Notes: generated by a model from the letters alone, not told the origin. A DNA stretch of 64,000 nt from Frankiales bacterium (GCA_025465465.1 JAODND010000089.1:85336-149335), one strand, 5' to 3'; numbered from the stretch's first letter, positions 39,467-48,340 are shown. Made by a program: numbers and translations.

Positions 39467-40198
39467 ATGGACGACAACGGCGTGGCCTACGTGGAACTGG
39501 ATGACGCGGACAAGGCCAACGCCCTCGACAAGCGGCTGAGCGACGAGTTGGCGGACGCGGTGGCGGCTGCGGTGTCGGGCGGGGCTCGGGTGCTCGTGCT
39601 GTCGGCGTGCGGACCGGTCTTCTGTGCGGGCGGGTCGCTGATCGGCCTGCTCAAGCCGCAGCATCCGCTGTCAGCGCTGTACGCGGGCGTCGAGGCGCTC
39701 AGCGCCTGCTCGCTGCCGACGATCGCCCTGGTCGACGGAGCTGCGGTCGGCGCCGGTGTCACGCTGCCTCTCGCATGTGACGTGATCATCTGCACGCCTC
39801 GCGCCCGCTTCGACCCGCGCTTCCTCGACATCGCCATCCACCCTGGCGGCGGCCATCTGTGGCGGCTCGCCGGTCGGATAGGGGTCCAGGGAGCGGCGGC
39901 CCTGGTCCTGTTCGGCGACGAACTCGACGGCGAGGAGGCCGAGAGGGCTGGCTTGGCGTGGCGCTGCCTTCCGGCCGAGGAAGCGCGGGCCTTCGTCGAC
40001 CGCCTTGCCGTCCGGGCTGCGGGCCGACCGGCGGCGCTCGTGCGGCGCACGAAGCAGACCCTGCACGACAGCGCCCCGCTGCCGAACGCGACTGAGGCGG
40101 CCGTCCTGGAGCTGGCGGCGCAGGAGTGGTCGGTCCGGCAGCCGGAGCACCGACGGGCAGTGGAGGCACTCGCCGCTCGGTTCGGTCTCCCGGTCTAG
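39467..40198 (+). CDS. Enoyl-CoA hydratase/isomerase family protein
   Basis: KANALD, FCAGGSL, PTIALVDG, IHPGGG; alternative GTG start at 39449. Confidence 0.87.
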   Translation: MDDNGVAYVELDDADKANALDKRLSDELADAVAAAVSGGARVLVLSACGPVFCAGGSLIGLLKPQHPLSALYAGVEALSACSLPTIALVDGAAVGAGVTLPLACDVIICTPRARFDPRFLDIAIHPGGGHLWRLAGRIGVQGAAALVLFGDELDGEEAERAGLAWRCLPAEEARAFVDRLAVRAAGRPAALVRRTKQTLHDSAPLPNATEAAVLELAAQEWSVRQPEHRRAVEALAARFGLPV

Positions 40199-40214
40199 CG
40201 CCGGCTCCACGGGG

Positions 40215-41372
40215 CTACACCCGCTCGACGACCAAGGCGGACCCCATGCCGCCGCCCGCGCACATTCCCACGACGCCGAGCGTCCCGCCCGTGCGGGCGA
40301 GGGCGTTGACCATCGAGACGACCATCCTCGTGCCGGTCGCGGCGATCGGGTGACCCAAGCTGCAGCCGCTGCCGACCGGGTTCATCGTGAGGGGGTCCAC
40401 GCCGAGCGCCCGGCTGAAGGCGACCGGGACGGAGCAGAAGGCCTCGTTGATCTCCCACAGGTCGATGTCGCCGAGCGTCAGGTTCGCGCGCTCGAGTGCC
40501 CGGGGCGCGGCCACCGTCGGGGTCAGCCCGGTCCGGGCCGGATCCAGCGCCGCGTTCGCCCAGCCCCGCACGCGCGCGAGCGGCTTCAGGCCGTGGGCTG
40601 CCGCGTAGTCGGCAGTGGTCACCACGACAGCTGCGGCCGCGTCGTTCAGCCCCGCTGCGTTGCCGGCTGTGACCGTCGCGTCGGGGAGCTCGGGGTGCAG
40701 TGGCGCCAGCGCGGCGAGCGTGTCGGCGGTGACGCCGCGCCGCGGCTGCTCGTCGTCGACGACCTTGACGCCCTCCTCGGTGAGCACGGGGGCAATCTCG
40801 TCAGCAAAGTAGCCGCCGTCGATCGCCGCGATGGCACGTCCGTGGCTGTAGGCGGCCCACTCGTCGACGTCGCGGCGGGTCAGGCCGAGCTCGCGGGCGG
40901 TGTTCTCGCCGACCGTGATGGTCATGTCGTGCGACGGCGCCTCGGCTGTGGCGGGATGGCTGGGTGACATCCAGGCGGAGAGCTGACCGTCGGCGTTCCT
41001 CCGGCTGACCTGCGGCATGGTGCTCAGGCTCTCGGTCCCACCCGCGACGACGACATCCGCCGCGCCGGCGAGTACGTTCGCCACGGCCGTCTGAACGGCC
41101 GCCAGGCCACCTGCACAGTGCCGGTTCACGGCGAGACCGGGCACGCCGAACATGCCGAGGGAGACGGCGGTGTGGCGCGCGATCACGCCGCCGCCCTGCA
41201 GGGACTCGGCAAGCACGATGTCGTCGACGTCTGCCGCCGGCACGCCGCTGCGCTCCAGCACCGACATGACGACGGAGCGAGCGAGCGCGAACGCATCGGT
41301 GCCCGCCAAGGCACCCTTGCGGGCACGGGTGATGGGGGTGCGGGCAGCGGCGACGATGACGACGGAACGCAT
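40215..41372 (-). CDS. Thiolase (acetyl-CoA C-acyltransferase)
   Basis: NRHCAGG, NEAF, GHPIAATG, MCAGGG intact. Confidence 0.93.
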   Translation of the reverse strand: MRSVVIVAAARTPITRARKGALAGTDAFALARSVVMSVLERSGVPAADVDDIVLAESLQGGGVIARHTAVSLGMFGVPGLAVNRHCAGGLAAVQTAVANVLAGAADVVVAGGTESLSTMPQVSRRNADGQLSAWMSPSHPATAEAPSHDMTITVGENTARELGLTRRDVDEWAAYSHGRAIAAIDGGYFADEIAPVLTEEGVKVVDDEQPRRGVTADTLAALAPLHPELPDATVTAGNAAGLNDAAAAVVVTTADYAAAHGLKPLARVRGWANAALDPARTGLTPTVAAPRALERANLTLGDIDLWEINEAFCSVPVAFSRALGVDPLTMNPVGSGCSLGHPIAATGTRMVVSMVNALARTGGTLGVVGMCAGGGMGSALVVERV

Positions 41373-41404
41373 GAGAACCTCTTCTACTCAGATCAAGGAT
41401 CGAA

Positions 41405-41464
41405 CGACTCGCTGTCGAGTCGAACGGCAGCGGTGAGCTCGCTGCGACAGCGCTCGGAGAGCGC
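41405..41464. other. Three back-to-back inverted repeats in intercistronic spacer
   Basis: CGACTCG-ctgt-CGAGTCG (41405-41422), GCAGCG-gtgagct-CGCTGC (41427-41445), GCGCTC-gga-GAGCGC (41450-41464). Confidence 0.55.
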
Positions 41465-42202
41465 TCAGATGTTGCGCCCTCCCGCGACCTCGATGACGAT
41501 GCCGGTCAGGTACGACGCCAACGGCGACGCCAAGAACAGGGCGGCGTTGGCGACGTCCTCGGGCTCGCCGATCCGGCCGAGCGGGATCTCCTTCAGCCGT
41601 GCCGCCAGGACCGTCTGGTCCATCTTGGCCACCATTGCCGTGCGGATGAAGCTGGGCTGGATGGCGTTGACGCGGATGCCGACATGTCCGAGCTCCTTCG
41701 CGGCCGCCTTCGTCATTCCCACGATGCCTGCCTTTGCCGCGCTGTAGTTGGTCTGGCCAGGGTTGCCCACCTTGCCGCTGATGCTGGACATGTTGACGAA
41801 GCACCCTTCGATGCCCTGATCGCGCATGGCGGCCGAACCATGCTTCAGGCCTAGCCAGGTGCCGCGTAGGTGGACATCCATGACGAGCTCGAAGTCCTCG
41901 AGCGGCATCGTGCGCAGCGTCGCGTCTCGGGTGATGCCCGCGTTGTTCACCACGATGTCCGGACCACCCCATCGGTCCCGGCACGCGTCGATCATCGCGG
42001 CGACCTCGTCGGATGACGTCACGTCACAGCGCACCCCGTGCGCGCGTTCGCCTAGCTCGGCGATCGACTCCGCCAGCGCCGCGTCGTCGAGGTCGCCGAT
42101 CACGACAGCCGCGCCCTCGGCGAGGAACGTCCGCGCGACAGCCAGGCCGAGTCCCTGTGCGCCGCCGGTCACGACGGCGCTCTTGCCCTTGAGCAGTCCC
42201 AT
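41465..42202 (-). CDS. 3-oxoacyl-thioester reductase, FabG-like SDR
   Basis: TGGAQGLG, NNAGITRD, GQTNYSAAKAG. Confidence 0.92.
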   Translation of the reverse strand: MGLLKGKSAVVTGGAQGLGLAVARTFLAEGAAVVIGDLDDAALAESIAELGERAHGVRCDVTSSDEVAAMIDACRDRWGGPDIVVNNAGITRDATLRTMPLEDFELVMDVHLRGTWLGLKHGSAAMRDQGIEGCFVNMSSISGKVGNPGQTNYSAAKAGIVGMTKAAAKELGHVGIRVNAIQPSFIRTAMVAKMDQTVLAARLKEIPLGRIGEPEDVANAALFLASPLASYLTGIVIEVAGGRNI

Positions 42203-42218
42203 GTGCCGATCCTAGATC

Positions 42219-42234
42219 TTGAATACATTATATG
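42219..42234. promoter_or_regulatory. Putative GntR/FadR operator (motif 1, variant)
   Basis: TTGAATACATTATATG; reverse complement resembles the 24724 site. Confidence 0.5.
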
Positions 42235-42256
42235 CTCAGTGTTGTGGAGCAGATCA

Positions 42257-42272
42257 CATAGTACTGACTATG
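42257..42272. promoter_or_regulatory. Putative second operator (motif 2)
   Basis: CATAGTACTGACTATG with CATAGT/ACTATG inverted arms. Confidence 0.55.
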
Positions 42273-42324
42273 CTGATGCGGTCGGGTCCTGGCCCCACGC
42301 GCATGCTTCGTCGAAGGGAATGAC

Positions 42325-42591
42325 GTGGTCACAACGCCCTGCACCCAGGGTGCGACGCGCCGCAAGGGACCCTTGCGCGCCTGCACGCTGTGCACTGCTA
42401 CGGCGGTGCTGGGCGTGCCCACCGGGTGCCTGTGCGACTGGTCGGCATCGAACGAGGCGGAGGTCCGCCCTGACCTCATGCTGCAGGACCTGCCGTGCGT
42501 CAGCTGCGGAGCGCCGGTCGTCACCCTGCCGCCTCGCCGCGGCTGGGTGCGGGCGCTGCTTCTCGCCAGCGGACGTCCTCGAGGCATCTGA
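42325..42591 (+). CDS. Small Cys-rich hypothetical protein (possible Zn-binding)
   Basis: 88 aa with CTLC, CLC and CVSC; third codon positions mostly G/C as in real genes; GAAGGGA upstream. Confidence 0.5.
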   Translation: MVTTPCTQGATRRKGPLRACTLCTATAVLGVPTGCLCDWSASNEAEVRPDLMLQDLPCVSCGAPVVTLPPRRGWVRALLLASGRPRGI

Positions 42592-42668
42592 ACGCAGCGC
42601 GCCCGGAAGCTGCGTACGCGCCGGACCCGGGGAACAGCCCGACCTGCGCATCGGGCACCGTAGGCACC

Positions 42669-43646
42669 GTGAGTTCCGTGGCAGTGCCGCAACCGCTGCG
42701 TCGCCTGCTGTACCCGCCGTTGCTCGTGCTGCAGGCCGCCGCCCGCCCGCTCGCCGTTGCCGGTCTGGTCGCCGCCGTCGGCGCTGCGCGGGGGCGACGG
42801 CCCGCCGTCGCGGCCCTCAGCCTGGCGCCATCGGTCTGGTACGTGATGACGCGCGTTGGAGGGGTCGGTGCGCGGCGAAGGCTGGCTCCGACCGCTGACC
42901 CATCCGCCGATTCACGTGTCGACTCAGGTGTCGACTCAGGTGTGACTGTGCTGACCGTCAACCTCTGGTGCGACAACCGCGCGGCCGCCGCCGCAGCCGA
43001 GGATGTCGCGCGGGTCGGCGCCGACGTCGTGCTGCTGCAGGAGGTGCCACCCGACCATGTCGCCGACCTGACCCGGCAGCTGAGCGATGGCTACCCCCAT
43101 CGGCTGATCGATGCTCGACCGGGGTACTACGGGTCGGCGATCTTCTCCCGGTTCGCGCTGGAAGGTGCTCACGGGTTCCAGGTCGCTGGGGTGCCGATGA
43201 CCCGGGCCGACCTCATGACTCCGGCTGGGAGGGTGCACGTCGTCAACGTGCATCTGGTGGCGCCGCTCTCGCCTGCCCTCGCGGAGCAGTGGCACAGCCA
43301 GTTGGATGCACTGGTGGCCCTCAGCGCCGGTCAGCGCCGGCCACTCGTCGTGGCCGGCGACTTCAACGCCACGGCAGACCACAGAGTGTTCCGTGCGCTT
43401 CGACGAGTCGGTTTGCGCGAGGTCGGCCGCTCGTGGAGGGCCTCGGCCACCTACCCCCGCCACCCGTTGCTGCCCGCAGCGTTCGAGTTGGATCATGTGC
43501 TCGTTCGGGGCATGGTGGCCCAGGCACCTGTACGCCGCATCAAGGTCGCTGGTAGCGACCACTACGGGCTGCTGGCTGAGCTGGTCGCGGCCCGGCCCGA
43601 GCGTTCGCGTCGGGTCGGGCACTCCCGTTGGGATGGTATGGGCTAG
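42669..43646 (+). CDS. Endonuclease/exonuclease/phosphatase (EEP) family protein with N-terminal membrane segment
   Basis: LTVNL, VVLLQE, AIFSRF, NVHL, AGDFNA, LDHVL, GSDHY; start approximate (GTG 42669). Confidence 0.88.
   Translation: MSSVAVPQPLRRLLYPPLLVLQAAARPLAVAGLVAAVGAARGRRPAVAALSLAPSVWYVMTRVGGVGARRRLAPTADPSADSRVDSGVDSGVTVLTVNLWCDNRAAAAAAEDVARVGADVVLLQEVPPDHVADLTRQLSDGYPHRLIDARPGYYGSAIFSRFALEGAHGFQVAGVPMTRADLMTPAGRVHVVNVHLVAPLSPALAEQWHSQLDALVALSAGQRRPLVVAGDFNATADHRVFRALRRVGLREVGRSWRASATYPRHPLLPAAFELDHVLVRGMVAQAPVRRIKVAGSDHYGLLAELVAARPERSRRVGHSRWDGMG
42916..42947 (+). repeat. 12-bp tandem repeat (GTGTCGACTCAG x2 plus partial), in frame
   Basis: Seen directly; encodes VDSGVDSGVT in the EEP linker. 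Confidence 0.8.
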
Positions 43647-43731
43647 TTATGTCGTGCGTTGCGCGTCGCTCATTGTGGGGATTGTTGCGATCGCCATTCA
43701 GCCGCGACGCGAACAGGCCGATCCAGGCCAT

Positions 43732-46602
43732 ATGCCACACGGCGCATCGCGGGACTTCTCAGGGCTGAACACCCGCTTGGTGGTCGACCATGTCCGAGCG
43801 GTGCTCGGCGCGGACGGGGTGGCCGCGCTGCTCTCGGGGGCCCAGGAGGAGCGGCCGATCGAGTTGCTGCTCGACGACACGACGTGGAGTTCGTACGGGC
43901 AGTTCCGTCGCCTCCTGGAGGCGGCAGCCCGACTCCTCGCGTCGCACGGCGGTCTGGAGGTCATGGCCGGGCTGCCGAGCCTTGGGTCCAACCCGTCTCC
44001 CGAGCTTGCCCGCATGATGCAGGCGCTCGGCTCGCCGCTCGCCGTGGCGCTCACGACGACTGACGCGGCGCCCAGCCTCTATCCCTTGCTCGCCATGTCG
44101 GTGGAGGTGCTGGCGCCGACGCACGTCCGCTTCCACCGGCGCGTGCTGGCCGGCCACGAGCCGTTCCCCGAGCTCTGTGCCTTCTTCATCGGACTCGTGC
44201 CGCGCACGGTGCGACTCTTCGGTCTGCGCGTACTCGACGTGAGCGAGGTGCACTGCCAGCTGCGCGGCGACGAGGACTGCGTGACCGAGCTGCGGTGGGA
44301 TGAGACCGCCGACCTGGCGGTGCAGCGGGACCTCATGCGCATGAGGATGGAGATCGCGGAAAGCCGCCTGGAGGGGTTCCAGCAGACGGTCAACGACATC
44401 GTCTCGGCCGACGACCTGGGCGCCGTTCTGACGCGGATCGTGCAAAGCGCCGCCCGAGCGACGACCGCGCCCGGCTTCGTGCTGTCGGTCGACGCGCTGC
44501 CCCACGGGACCGGGATCTTCGCCGACGGGATCAGCGTCGAGGAGGCGGAGCGGGTGCTGGCCGATGCTGACAGCTACCTCTGCGTCGAGGTGGCCTCGGC
44601 GCGGCAGCGTTACGGACGACTGCTTGCGGTCGTGCCGCCCTCGTCCTCCTTCCACGAGCGAACCTCACTGGAGGCCTACGCACGGCTCGCTGCGACGGCC
44701 CTCGACTCCGCGTTCGCGCTGGAACAGGCCCGACGACAGGCGCAGGCGGCCGAGGCGCTGCTGCGGCTGTCGAGATCACTGGCCGACCTCACCTCCTCGG
44801 CGGAGCTGGCGGCGAAACTGACCCGAGCCGTGCCCGACGTGATCGACTGCGACGGTGCCGCGGTGCTGCTCATCTCAGATGGCGTGGCGCGGGTAGCCGC
44901 CCATTACGGCTGCTCGCCTGAGCTCGCCGACGAGCTGGACCGTCAGGAGTTCGCGGGCGATGAGCTGCTCCAGCTGCTCCAGTTGGACCGGCGGACTCCC
45001 GAGGACATGTCGCCACAGGGACGAGCTTTGATGGAGACCTTCGGCTGGCAGGCGATCGCCGCCGCTCCGCTGGAGATCGACGGCGAGACATACGGCATGC
45101 TCATCGCGTCGGTGCGCCACGACAAGGCGCGCATCCTCGACGACGAGAAGCTGACAGACCGCTTCGCGGGGCTTGCAGGACAAGCTGCTGTCGCGCTCCG
45201 CAACAGCCAGCTGATGGATCAGATCCGCCATCAGGCTCTCCATGATCCGCTGACCCACATCCCGAATCGGACGCTGCTCATGGAACGGGCCGAGCAGATG
45301 CTGGCCGACGCTCGAAGCGGTGACGGAACGGTGGCGGCGCTCTTTCTCGACCTGGATGGCTTCAAGGAGGTCAACGACACCCTGGGCCATGACATCGGCG
45401 ACGGGCTGCTGCAGGCGGTCGCCGAGCGCCTGCAGAGCCTCGTGCGCGACCAGGACACGGTCGGTCGGCTCGGCGGTGACGAATTCATCGTCCTGGTCGA
45501 GTGCGGGTCGATGGACTCCGACGTCACGGACCTCGCTGACCGACTCCTCCGAGGCATACGCGCACCGCTCATGCTGCCGGGCTGCGACCGGCCGATTGCC
45601 GTCGGCGCCAGCATCGGCATCGCGATCGGCGACCGTGCCTGCGCCGAGGACCTGCTGCACGACGCCGACATGGCGCTGCACCAGGCGAAGGCCAGTGGCA
45701 AGAACTGCTACCGCGTGTTCACGAGCGAGATCGGCGCCTCGGTGGTCCTGCGCGCGGAACTCGCGGGCGTCGCGGGGCATCTCCCTGGGCATGGCGAGCT
45801 TTCCATCGTCTATCAGCCGATGGTCGACCTCACCACCACGGCGGTCGTGGGGGTCGAGGCGCTGTTGCGCTGGCACCACGATGACCTCGGCCAGGTCTCG
45901 CCGACGACGTTCGTCCCGCTGCTCGAGGAGAGCGGGATGATCGTGGACGTTGGTCGCTGGGTCCTTCGCGAGGCATGCCGCGAGGCGGCAGCGCTCCGCG
46001 ATGCGGGACATCAGCTGACGATGTCGGTGAACGCGTCGGCACGGCAGCTCGAGTGCATCGAGTTCGTGGACGACGTCCGAGCAGCGCTGCGCGACAGCGG
46101 GATCCCGGGTGACGCGCTCGTGCTCGAGATCACCGAGACCGCCCTCGTGCGCGACATCCGCGCCACCCGCGACGTGCTCACCCAGCTCAAGCAGCTCGGC
46201 GTCGGAGTTGCGATAGACGACTTCGGTACCGGCTACTCGTCACTGGCCTATCTCCGAGACTTCCCCGTCGACATCCTCAAGATTGCTCGTGGCTTCGTCG
46301 CCGGCGGAACCCACTCAGCAGCCGCGCGCCAGCTCCTCAGCACCTTCGTCGAACTCGGACGGTCCTTGGGTCTGCGGACCGTGGCCGAGGGCATCGAGAC
46401 GCAGGCAGAGCTGCAGTGGTTGCGCCATATCGGGTGCGACACAGGCCAGGGGTACCTGTGCTCCCCGCCGCTGTCCGCGCACGAGCTCGCCGGCATGCTC
46501 GCCCGAGGGCCGGCACCCGCCCTGCCGGTGCCGGCGCCGCGCCTCGCTGAGCGGCCCGACGGCCGCGGTCCGCGCCTGGTCGTGCACGCACAGGACAGCT
46601 AG
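43732..46602 (+). CDS. H-NOX/V4R-like sensor + GAF + GGDEF + EAL c-di-GMP protein
   Basis: HDPLT..PNR, DLDGFKEVND..GH, RLGGDEF, EALLRW, DDFGTGYSS, VAEGIE; N-terminal C...E.HC...G...C pattern; start approximate (ATG 43732). Confidence 0.9.
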   Translation: MPHGASRDFSGLNTRLVVDHVRAVLGADGVAALLSGAQEERPIELLLDDTTWSSYGQFRRLLEAAARLLASHGGLEVMAGLPSLGSNPSPELARMMQALGSPLAVALTTTDAAPSLYPLLAMSVEVLAPTHVRFHRRVLAGHEPFPELCAFFIGLVPRTVRLFGLRVLDVSEVHCQLRGDEDCVTELRWDETADLAVQRDLMRMRMEIAESRLEGFQQTVNDIVSADDLGAVLTRIVQSAARATTAPGFVLSVDALPHGTGIFADGISVEEAERVLADADSYLCVEVASARQRYGRLLAVVPPSSSFHERTSLEAYARLAATALDSAFALEQARRQAQAAEALLRLSRSLADLTSSAELAAKLTRAVPDVIDCDGAAVLLISDGVARVAAHYGCSPELADELDRQEFAGDELLQLLQLDRRTPEDMSPQGRALMETFGWQAIAAAPLEIDGETYGMLIASVRHDKARILDDEKLTDRFAGLAGQAAVALRNSQLMDQIRHQALHDPLTHIPNRTLLMERAEQMLADARSGDGTVAALFLDLDGFKEVNDTLGHDIGDGLLQAVAERLQSLVRDQDTVGRLGGDEFIVLVECGSMDSDVTDLADRLLRGIRAPLMLPGCDRPIAVGASIGIAIGDRACAEDLLHDADMALHQAKASGKNCYRVFTSEIGASVVLRAELAGVAGHLPGHGELSIVYQPMVDLTTTAVVGVEALLRWHHDDLGQVSPTTFVPLLEESGMIVDVGRWVLREACREAAALRDAGHQLTMSVNASARQLECIEFVDDVRAALRDSGIPGDALVLEITETALVRDIRATRDVLTQLKQLGVGVAIDDFGTGYSSLAYLRDFPVDILKIARGFVAGGTHSAAARQLLSTFVELGRSLGLRTVAEGIETQAELQWLRHIGCDTGQGYLCSPPLSAHELAGMLARGPAPALPVPAPRLAERPDGRGPRLVVHAQDS

Positions 46603-46756
46603 CGTCCGACGCGCCCGGAGGGTGCGACGATCACCGCCAGGTCCGGGCCGTTGGCCATCCTGGGAGGGACCTCCGCGGGTCCCGCTTCGTCCCTGCCAGA
46701 CCGGGCCGAGGCGGTCTACCTGCCTTGTCACAACCGGATGGCGTGCGTAAGGTGCA

Positions 46757-46769
46757 TTTTGTATACAAG
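46757..46769. promoter_or_regulatory. Putative GntR/FadR operator (motif 1)
   Basis: TTTTGTATACAAG (TTGTATACAA core) upstream of ABC operon. Confidence 0.72.
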
Positions 46770-46843
46770 TTGCCGCTCTGTTACCTGTGACAGGCCCGGA
46801 CGGTGGCAGAAACCCAGAGTCTCTACCGAAGGTGATGGCGTCG

Positions 46844-48292
46844 ATGAGGGTTCGCACTAGCCTGGCCGCGGCGGTCGGGGTCGCGATGGCGCTGGCAGGC
46901 TGCGGGACGATGACGGACTCGGCGCTGCACGACCAAGCCGCCCGAGCCGCGCTCGGCGGCGGAGGCGGAACGCAGGTCGGCAGCGGCGCGGGGCCCAGCG
47001 CGACGGCCGGCCCCGGGAACGGCGGGGCGACCGGCACCACGGGTGCGGGTGGCGGCGCGACAGGGAGCAACCTCCCCGGGTCGGGCGGGTCGGGCGGCAC
47101 CACGGGCAGTACCGGCGGACCACAGGTCGGAACCCCGAAGGGGCCCGGTGGCAACGGAGGCGCCACCGCGCTCGGGGTCACGGCGACCTCCATCACGGTG
47201 GGGACCGTCGCCACACTCTCGGGACCCGTCCCCGGCCTCTTTCAGGGAGCGATCGCCGGCACAAAGGCGTACTTCGCGTACGTCAACAGCCAAGGCGGGC
47301 TGTACGGGCGCACCCTGAAGGTGGACGGCAAGGACGACGCGTTCAGCTGCACCACCAACGAGAAGGTCACGCAGGACGCCATCAAGAACGACTTCGCCCT
47401 CGTCGGCAGCTTTTCCATCTACGACTACTGCGGAGCTCAGGCCATCAAGGCCTCGCCAGGCGTGGCTGACGTCTCGATGGCGATCAATCCCGAACACACG
47501 GCGCTGAAGAACACGTTCCCTGTGCAGCCGGTGACGCCGGGCTTCAGGACCGGCGCCTTCGAGTACTACAAGGCGAAGTTCGGTAACGCCTACCAGACGA
47601 CGGGCGCCCTCTACGTCAACAGCCCCAGCGCCAAGTCGGCCTACGACAACGCCAAGGCGACCATGCAGCATCTGGGTTACAAGGTGGTGTACGAGCGGGC
47701 GGTGGCCGCGACGGACAGCAACTTCACCTCCGACGTCATCCAGATGAAGCAGAAGAACGTGAAGTTCGTCGAGATCCTCGCGAATCCACCGATCATCGCG
47801 AACTTCATGGCCGCCGCGGCCCAGCAAGGCTTCAAGCCAGTGATCACCACACCGGGGCAGGGCTACGACCAGGGGACGCTGAGCCAGGGCGGCTCCGCGG
47901 TCGAGGGCCTCTACACCGATACGCCAAGCGCGCTGTACTTCAACAAGGACGACGCGGCGCGCATCCCCGAGGTCGCCCTCTACCAGAAGTGGATGGGCAC
48001 GGCCGCGCCCGGCGTGGCGCTCGACCTGTTCTCCGTCTACGGGTGGGCGCAGGCTGAGCTGTTCGTACAGGCGGCACGCAAGGCCGGCGCCAAGCTGACC
48101 AGGCCGGCGTTGCTGGCGGCCCTGGGTGGCATCCCCACGTTCTCAGACAACATCCTTGCCCCGGGCGGACCGGCTAAGAAGCAGGCCGCGACCTGCTACG
48201 TGCTCACGAAGGTCGTGAACGGCGCCTTCGTGCGGGTCGACAGTCCTGCCAGCAGCTATCGATGCGACGGCACCTTCTTCCGCACCGGCTAG
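46844..48292 (+). CDS. ABC transporter substrate-binding lipoprotein (LivJ/K-like periplasmic binding protein type I)
   Basis: Lipobox LAGC, long Gly/Thr linker, ITVG, AYVNSQGGLYGRTL; followed by LIV permease and ATPases. Confidence 0.9.
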   Translation: MRVRTSLAAAVGVAMALAGCGTMTDSALHDQAARAALGGGGGTQVGSGAGPSATAGPGNGGATGTTGAGGGATGSNLPGSGGSGGTTGSTGGPQVGTPKGPGGNGGATALGVTATSITVGTVATLSGPVPGLFQGAIAGTKAYFAYVNSQGGLYGRTLKVDGKDDAFSCTTNEKVTQDAIKNDFALVGSFSIYDYCGAQAIKASPGVADVSMAINPEHTALKNTFPVQPVTPGFRTGAFEYYKAKFGNAYQTTGALYVNSPSAKSAYDNAKATMQHLGYKVVYERAVAATDSNFTSDVIQMKQKNVKFVEILANPPIIANFMAAAAQQGFKPVITTPGQGYDQGTLSQGGSAVEGLYTDTPSALYFNKDDAARIPEVALYQKWMGTAAPGVALDLFSVYGWAQAELFVQAARKAGAKLTRPALLAALGGIPTFSDNILAPGGPAKKQAATCYVLTKVVNGAFVRVDSPASSYRCDGTFFRTG

Positions 48293-48340
48293 CAGCCGAA
48301 CAGTCGGACGGCCATGCCCAGATCCTGACCAGGAGCCATC

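Noticed and set aside
42203-42898. Alternative ORF MTWSQRPAPR... (ATG 42320) overlapping the Cys-rich ORF
   Set aside because: Arg/Pro-rich shadow translation overlapping the EEP gene; the 42325 frame has a more gene-like third-position GC bias.
43306-43731. ORF-track N-terminal extension of the GGDEF-EAL protein
   Set aside because: Overlaps the EEP gene and reads as non-coding-like; the domain-like sequence starts near ATG 43732.
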